From Chiloscyllium plagiosum (lineage: Eukaryota), in the NCBI RefSeq assembly GCF_004010195.1, contig NW_025215095.1:12069-63001 (forward strand): 50,933 nucleotides of DNA, written 5' to 3'. Both the position numbers and the translations under genes were made by a program. This document shows positions 12,501 to 21,500 of the stretch, piece after piece. Within the stretch, counting starts at the first letter, position 1, and each line of letters starts with the position of its first letter. The notes under the pieces are model-generated. The model was not told where the DNA came from. It did not search any database and saw only the letters and a list, made by a program, of their open reading frames with translations.

Positions 12501-15500
12501 CAAGATCGCCCCCACCAGGCCTACACCACCATTTCAGGCCTATTGGAAGGCAGTTCATCGCTGGGCCTGGGCTAGGAGTCAGCTCCACCATTCCATCATG
12601 GCTGACATGACAAAACCCTTCCCCCATTCCATCTCTTTAGTCACGCCATCTACCAAAGTTATTAAAAGAAACTTCAGTCCCATAATAAAAACAGAAACAT
12701 TAAAACAAAAGCACAGAAAGAAAAGAAGAAATCGAGCATGCAGAGCAGACGTGCTCCTGGGCTGAGGAATCCGCACGTTGTGCTGCTACCTCTTGATAAA
12801 AAAGGAATATTACACAAGAGGGAGCCATGGTGTCAAGGTCTTTTTAAAATCTTGCATTCGCTAATCAGGACAAACACACAACACTGCCTAAGTTCAAACA
12901 GTTACACCTTGCTAACCAACCCCCACACCCTTTTCTCCTGCAGTGAAAATTGCTGGGTCTGTCGGATATTAGGAATTCTTGTGTCTGTCCTGATAAGCTG
13001 GAGAGGAACAGCTTCAGCAATACTTTCACCTTTCACAGGTGATATTTTATTTCCTAGTGATCCAGGCTTAGGGTTAAACCAGACGTTAGAGAACTCCTCT
13101 CCTCCTTATATCACTGCCGCAGTTTACATCTCATCCAAAAAGGCAGTGCTTCTAACAGTGCAGCACTACCTCAGCGCTGTATCAGCAAGCCAACCCAAAT
13201 TATCCGTTCAAAGCCGTGGAATTCAATCCAAACCTACTGACTGGGAGGAGGCAGTGCTGCCCACCCAGCCATGACTGACAACTCAGAAGGGATGCAAACA
13301 TAGAGGCATAAGGTGATTTGGGGGCAGTAGTCTATCCTGGGTGATATCAGAGCAACCACCCTTTATACACCTTTATGCTATCTACAGTATTGCACAAGCT
13401 GTTTTGCACATATTGCACAAAGTCAGAATAATTCCCAATGAGGAATTGAGGTTAGCTGTTCATTAGCAATCAGTTACTATCTACTGATGTTTCGGAACAA
13501 AGGGAGCAGGTTAGAGTAATTACTGACAATTAGTTACTGAAAGGGTCACAGTTGATATAGAGGGAGAAAATGATATAATGTTTCGACTTGATGATTTGAC
13601 ACCAGACATAGTGATTTCTGGTGTCAAACCATCAAGCTGAAACATTATATCATTTTCTCCCCCCATATAAACTGTGACTCTTTCAGTAATTAATTTTCAG
13701 TATTTAGCCTAATCTGCTAAAAATGTCAACTCTGCTTCTCTCCACAGAAGCTGCCAGACCTGCTGAGCATTTTCAGTTTGTTTTAATTCAAATTTTCAGG
13801 GTGTGCATGGTTTTATTTGTGCAGTGTGTGTGTTTCTGAGTGAACAGTCAATTCTGCGATAATGTATGTTTCTTCTTCAAGAATTGGCTTTAATGCATTT
13901 GAAAATTTTAGACCATTATTTGCAGAACACGAACTTTCCTTACCTGTATTAACTAATCCACGATTCCAGTTCTATTAGTTTAAGTGATTTTATGATTTTC
14001 TTATAACACGAGAATGGAACTATCACGTGATATCAGAACCGACTGTTATGTGCGTTTGTGTGAGTGCTTATGCACATTTATTTGTGTGTCTGTTTCTGTG
14101 CAAATGTTTGTGTGTGTGTATTTACTTGTGTGGGTGTGTGTCTGTATTTGTGTGTGTTTGTTTCTGTGTGTATTTGTTTTTGTGAGTGTATGTTTGTTTG
14201 TGTGTGTTGTCTCTTCTCTCTTATGAAAGTGTTATTCTGACATAAGTTTCTGTTTTCATTCTAGGATATGAGGTCCAATGTCAAATGGTATGAAATATTT
14301 TTCTGTGTACTGAACTGATCCATGCAACTCCATGACATCACCCTTTTCTATCTCTAAGACCTCCTCCAGCCCTCCCATTGCCTCAGATCTTTGCACTGTT
14401 CTGGCCTCATGCCTAATCCATCAGTCCCCTCGCCACCTAGACACTAATCTCTTACATTTGCTGCAAAACTGCTTGTCTCAACCTTTCTTCTATCCTTTAA
14501 GATGCTCCGTAAAACCATCACCTTTGACCAAGTTTAGTACCCTCCTGGTTGAACATCTTTTGAGGGCTTGATGTCAGGTTTTTCTCAATAACTAAGTTCT
14601 ATTCACCCATCACCCCTGTATGGATGGTGGTGTAGTGGTATTGTCACTGGGTTAAGGCCAATGCTCTGGGAATATTGGTTTAAATCGCAGCTTGTGGAGT
14701 TTAAATTCAGTTAATCAATCTGGAATTGAAAGTGATGTGGGCATAATGCCATCATCAGTGGGGAGGCATGGTGGCTGAGTGGTTAGCACTGCTGCCTCAT
14801 AGTACCAGGGCCCCAGGTTCGAATCCAGCCTCAGGTGACTGTCTGCGTGGAGTTTGCACATTCTCTGCATGGGTTTCCTCCGGGTGCTCTGGTTTCCTCC
14901 CCCAGTCCAAACATGTGCAGGTCAGGGTGAATTGGCCATACTAAATTGTCCTGTAACGTTAGATGCATTAGTCAGAGGGAAATGGGTCTGGGTGGGTTAC
15001 TCTTTGGAGGGTCGGTGTGGACTGGTTTCCACACTGGTTTCGAAGGGCCAGTTTCCACACTGTAGGGAATCTAATCTAATAGTTATTTTAAAAGCCCATC
15101 TGGTTCACGAAAAGGAAATCTGCCCTCTGTGTGATTCCAGACCCACAGCAATGTGGTGAACTGTATGACAATTAATGTTGGGCAATAAGTGCTGGCCTTG
15201 CCAGTTTTCCCAGTCGGGAGAAAAAAAGTCTACACTGATTTCTGTAACTACCTCCAGCTCTGGGAACTAACCCTACTGTCTATCCACCCTAATACTCTCG
15301 CGTTGACAGTTGAACCTACGAAAGCTGACATTTTCAATTGAAATCTCTCCACCTCAGTGTCCCCCTGCAACTATAACCTATCAACCTTTAGTGACTTGAT
15401 ATAATACCCCTTTATGTGGACGGGTGTCAAATGTGCGATAATCACTACAGTGGAACACCGCGTTAAATTAAGGCGCTGCATAAATACAAGTTGTTGTTTC

Positions 15501-18500
15501 TCCAACGATTTGGGTAAACCCAGTTGAACGGGTGAGTCGAGCGGGCTGTGGATTGGCTGCTGACAAACGTGCTGGCCCTGCAGCGGTTTGGCTGATGGTG
15601 TGGAGTGGAGGGCAAGGGGTCACCCCTTTGAGGAAGCACTCTGCCCTAAGCTGATAAAGTGGACCCTTTCAGTCAGAGAGTCATAGAGGTGTACAGCACG
15701 GAAACAGACCCTTCAGTCCAACCCGTCCATGCCGACCAGATATCCCAACCCAATCTAGTCCCACTTGCCAGCACCCAGCCCATATCCCTCCAAACCCTTC
15801 CTAATCATATTCCTGAAGAAGTGCTTATGCCCGAAACATCGATTCTCCTGATGCTGCCTGACCTGCTGCGCTGTTCCAGCAACACATTTTCAGCTCTGAT
15901 CTCCAGCATCTGCAGACCTCACTTTCTCCTTCCTATTCATATACCCATCCAAATGCCTTTTAAATGTTGCAATTGTACCAGCCTCCACCACATCCTCTGG
16001 CAGCTCATTCCATACAAGTACCACCCTCTGCGTGAAAACGTTGCCCCTTAGGTCTCTTTTATATCTTTCCCCTCTCACCCTAAACCTATGCCCTCTAGTT
16101 CTGGACTCCCCACCCCAGGGAAAAGACCTTTGTATTTACCTTACACCAGAGGCTTGTTGCACCCTCTGAGGGAGCCCAGGTACTGGGTGATGATGTTCCA
16201 GATGTTCCCTCATGTTGACCCAGGTATTCAAGAGCCAGATTGAGATCTGACTTGATAGAATGTTTACTGCATGGAAACAGGCCATTCAACCCTCCAAAAG
16301 GGTGATCCCACCCAGACCCACACCACCCCTATCTATCCATCCCTGTAAAGTTGCATTTCCCCATGGCAAATCCACCTAACCTCCACATTTTTTGGACTGC
16401 GGGAGGAAACCGGAGCACCCGCATGAAACCCACACAGACACAGGGAGAATGTACAAACTCCACACAGACAGTCATCCGAGGCTGGGATCGAACCTGGGTC
16501 CCTGGTGCTGTGAGGCAGCAGTGCTAACCACTGAGCCACCGTGCTGCTGTTGTCACATCCAAAGTGACAGCTGGCCTTTTATCTTTATTAAGATGGAGCT
16601 TCTCACCGGCTCACCAAAACTCATCGTGACAAATGTGCCTTAGAATGGCATGAGGATTGGTAAATATTTTTAACCGCGAAGAGCACGCACACATGAAATG
16701 TAGGGGAGCATGTGGACCACCAATTATAGACTGTCCTGCTGCATGATGCTTTCACTTACACCCAGAGTAAAGTTGGGGAAGGTTCCAAAACAGACAGACA
16801 GCCTGTGTTTCACACCAACTCGACAGCATGGATACATTTAACAGCTGCGCTTGGAAAATTAATCAATTTCCAATTTTCCCTCAGGTCTAGAATCGGATAT
16901 CAGGGTCCCAAAACGCTTTCTGTTTCTCTGGCCCTGGGAGAGTTCAATGGGCCTCTGCAGTACGCAGTGTGGAGACGGATGCTGAAGGAAATCAAGACAG
17001 GTAACAACGGATCTCTATTCTTTCAGTGCCACAGGATTGGTGGAGGTGAGGGAGGGAAAACGCAGATTCAGATTAGACGAATGACTGTCAGTACTGTAGT
17101 GAAGGGATCTTGCATCATTTTAAAGAAATTGCCCGACCAGTTATCACACAGAATGCCAGGTTTAATTGTTAATTGTTGAATGTTGAAGGTTTGGCATCGA
17201 TGGGAGGGAAACTTGGGTGGAGGGTGAGTCATAGAGTCATAGAGATGTACAGCACGGAAACAGACCCTTCGGTCCAACCTCTCCATGCCAATCAGATATC
17301 CCAACCCAATCTAGTCCCACCTTCCAGCACCCGGTCCATATCCCTCCAAACCCTTCCTATTCATATACCCATCCAAATGCCTCTTAAATGTTGCAATTGT
17401 ACCAGCCTCCACCACATCCTCTGGCAGCTCATTCCATACACGTACCACCCTCTGTGTGAAAAAATTGCCCCTTAGTTCTCTTTTATATCTTTCCCCTCTC
17501 ACCCTAAACCTATGCCCTCTAGTTCTGGGCTCCCCGACCACAGAGAAAAGACTTTGTCTATTTATCCTATTTCACAACATCTTTCCGATAGGAAGGAGAC
17601 CAGAATTACACGCAATATTCCAACAGTGGCATAACCAATGTCCTGTACAGCCGCAACATGACCTCCCAACTCCTGTACTCAATACTCTGACCAATAAAGG
17701 AAAGCATACCAAACGCCGCCTTCACTATCCTATCTACCTGCAACTCCACTTTCAAGGAGGTATGAACCTGCACTCCAAGGTCTCTCTGTTCAGCAACACT
17801 CCCTAGGACCTTACCATTAAGTGTATAAGTGGGGAAAGTGAGGACTGCAGATGCTGGAGATCAGAGCTGAAAATGTGTTGCTGGAAAAGTGCAGCAGGTC
17901 AGGCAGCATCCAAGGAGCAGGAGAATCGACATTTTGGGCATGAGCCCTTCCTCAGGAAGGGCTTAATTGTATAAGTCCTGCTAAGATTTACTTTCCCAAA
18001 ATGCAGCACCTCACATTTATCGGAATTAAACTCCATCTGCCACTTCTCAGCCCATTGGCCCATCTGGTCCAGATCCTGTTGTAATCTGAGGTAACCCTCT
18101 TCGCTGTCCACTACACCTCCAATTTTGGTGTCATCTGCAAACTTACTAACTGTACCTCTTCTGCTCGCATCCAAATCATTTATGTAAATGACAAAAAGTA
18201 GAGGGCCCAGCACCGATCCTTGTGGCACTCCACTGGTCACAGGCCTCAGTCTGAAAAACAACCCTCCACCACCACCCTCTGTCTTCTGCCTTTGAGCCAG
18301 TTCTGTATCCAAATCAAGACAGCATTGTGTTCACGTCTGCCTCCCAACTCTGACTTTCTCTCAAATTTAGAAGGTTAAGGGATGATTCGATCTTCAGGAT
18401 ATTAACAGGGAAAGACAGGATAGATAAAGATGAACTATTTCCACTGGTTGCACATTTTAGAACTAGTGGACATAGTCTGAAGAATATGTTCAGGAGAGAT

Positions 18501-21500
18501 GTTAGTAAGCACTTCTACACACAATTTGGATATGTACTTGAATAAGGAATGTTTGGAGGAATATGGGCCAAGCACAGGCAGCTGGGATTAGTTTAGTTTG
18601 GGATTACAGTCATTGTGGACAGTCAGATCGAAGGGTCTGTTTGCGTGCTGTACGACTCGATGACAAAGGATGATCAATGGTTTGAATACCCTTCCTCAAA
18701 TGGTGCTGATCGGTTATTAGTTTTACATTTGAGGTCGACGTTTTTTGTTAAGCAAAGGTGTGAAGGGAAATGACCCAATGGCAGGTATATGGAGGGAGGC
18801 TGCAGATCAGCTAGGATCTCGTTGAATGGCGGAACGGTCTGGAGGGGCTGAATGGCCTAATCCTGTTCCTAACCCATGGCTTCGGTTAAAATTGGACCCT
18901 AACATTTCCAGTTAAGGACAACAGATCTTATTCTCAGAAGGAAATCCATTGGGGTTCCTTGTTAAAAACTTCATAACCACCTTGACCACAAAGACAAATC
19001 TTTATCTGTTGATTTCATTGTAAAACAGCAATCAAACTTTCAAAATTGGGATCTGAACTCATCGGATCCCTACAGTGTGGAAGGAGGTCATTTGGCCCAT
19101 TGAAGATCATCCCACCCAGATGCACCCCCTTACCCCATACCCCTGCAGTTCCCATGGCTAACCCACCTACCCTGCACTCTATGGGTAATTTAACATGACC
19201 AATCCACCTAACCTGCACACCGTTGGACTGTGGGAGGGAACCAAAGAACCCAGAGGAAACCCACGCAGACATAGGGAGAATGAGCAAACTCCACACAGAC
19301 AGGGTGGAATGAAGGTCCCTGATGCTGTGGGGTAGCAGTGCTAATCACTGAGCCAACCTGCTGTTGTTCATATTGTGTGCTTAACATTCATTCCAAATAT
19401 TGGCACTTTTCTGTTTATATTCACAGACATCATTGTCCAACTGTAAAATAAAAAATAGCACTGCTGTGAAAACCTATTGGTCATCAGTCCAGACACAAAC
19501 CCTGTGCGTGACTAAGATCTGTGAAGATTTTAATTCAATCTTTTCAAAGTAGGAAGGAATTTCAAACACAGCCTAAATATGGATGACTCTGAACAGGAAC
19601 TGGGAGTGTAAGGTGTTGCTGACTGCATTCGTGACAGGTTTAAGATCTCAGGGGACAACTGTGAGAGAGGCAGTTGTTTATCCAGTGGTCTGGGGAGTCA
19701 GTGCCTCTGTACCACACCCAATAATGGGCCAGTCGGTCCCGCATCACATTGCTGTGTTTGTGGAGAGCCCATCAAACGCAGACCACAATGCAAACAGGAG
19801 TAGGAGTAGGCCATTCAGCCCTTTGAGCTTGCTCTGCTGTTCAGCACAGTCATGGCTGATCAGCCAACTCAGTCCCCAGTTCCTGCTTTCTCCTTTGATC
19901 CCTTTAGCCCTATGAACTATATCTAACTCCTGAAACAAAAGCGAAGCTTGGCTTCAACTGCTTTCTGTGTCAGTGAATTCCACAGGCTTAATACTCTCTG
20001 GGTGAAGAAATCTCCCCTCATCTCAGTCCTCAATGGCCTCAGTCCCTGCGTCCTTAGACTGTGGTTCCTCAGTCTTCCGGAACACCCTTCCTACATTTAC
20101 TCTGAGTTAGAACTTTAAAGATTTGTCGACTAAGTTGTTCCAATTGAACAACAGTTGGTACACTTAAAAAGAGGTAATTGATTCCCTGGGAGTGATTTGA
20201 GTTGCCCCAAGAATGTAAAAGGTGAATGTAAAAGCTGTTGCTTTCTATCCTGTAATATCTTAAGAGTTGTTCATTCAACACAGTTAGAGTGCTGAGATTG
20301 TGTTGCTGGAAAAGCACAGCAGGTCAGGCAACATCCAAGGAGCAGGAGAATCGACATTTTAGGGAATCCTGATGAAGGGTTTTTGCCCAAAACATCAATT
20401 CTCCTGCTCCTCAGATGCTGCCTGACCTGTTTGACTTTTCCAGCGCCACACTCTCGACTCTGATCTCCAGTATCCGCAGTCCCCACTTTCTCATAGTTAG
20501 AGTGCTGTAATAATACCCCATTGGGTGGCACATGAGGGCAGGAAGTTAGTTTGATGATGCATTTTCTGATCATGGACACACTGACAAACCTGGCATTTAT
20601 TGTCCAATGCCGTACATCTGAGCATGGCCAGTTGACACCAGAAGGTAACAAACACACAGCATTGCTGGAGAAACTCAGCAGACCTAGCAGAAAGTGTGAA
20701 GATCAACTAGGAGAAAGTGAGGACTGCAGATGCTGGAGACGAGTTGAAAAATGTAGTGCTGGAAAAACACAGCAGGCCAGGCAGCATCTGAGGAGCAGGA
20801 TTCCTGAAGAAGGGCTTATGCCTGAAACGTCGATTCTCCTGCTCCTCGGATGCTGCCTGGCCTGCTGTGTTTTTCCAGCACCACATTTTCCAACAGAAAG
20901 GGTGAAGAGAAAGGAACAGAGTGGGTTTCCTCCGGGTGCTCCGGTTTCCTCCCACGGTCCAAAAAATGTGTAGATTAGATGAATTGGCCATGTTAAATTG
21001 CCTGTAGTGTGAGGTGAAGGGGTAAATGTAGGGGTATGGGTCTGGATGGGTTGCACTTCGGCGGGTCGGTGTGGACTTGTTGGGCCGAAGGGCTTGTTTC
21101 CACACTGTAAGTAATCTAATCTAAAAAAAATGAATGTTTTCGGGTCCAGTATTTTAGGTTACTTAGATTGCCGTGGCCTTGGGTCACATATCAGCCAGTC
21201 TGGGTCAGGGTGGTAGGATTCATTCATTGAACACCGTTGGCCTTTTACAACAATCTTCAGAGTCACTTTTGCTAAAGACAGATCTTCACCTCCAACTTCC
21301 TTCAACCCCCGCTGAATAAGGATAGAATTCACGTTTTTCAAACTGTCCCGCTGGGATTTGAAATCATATCCCGTGGGCTTCAAATATAAAACCGATCGCT
21401 TGTTTACCATCCCACTCGACTCTCTTTCCTGTTGAAAGCTGAGGCCTTGTGGGTAACGGGTAAACTATTCACCGCTGTCGATCGCGCTGTCTGGGGCACA

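Noticed and set aside
17899..18312. Reverse transcriptase ORF as a possible novel RT system
   Set aside because: Ordinary fragmented CR1 ORF2, interrupted and frameshifted; the same applies to 34690-35810
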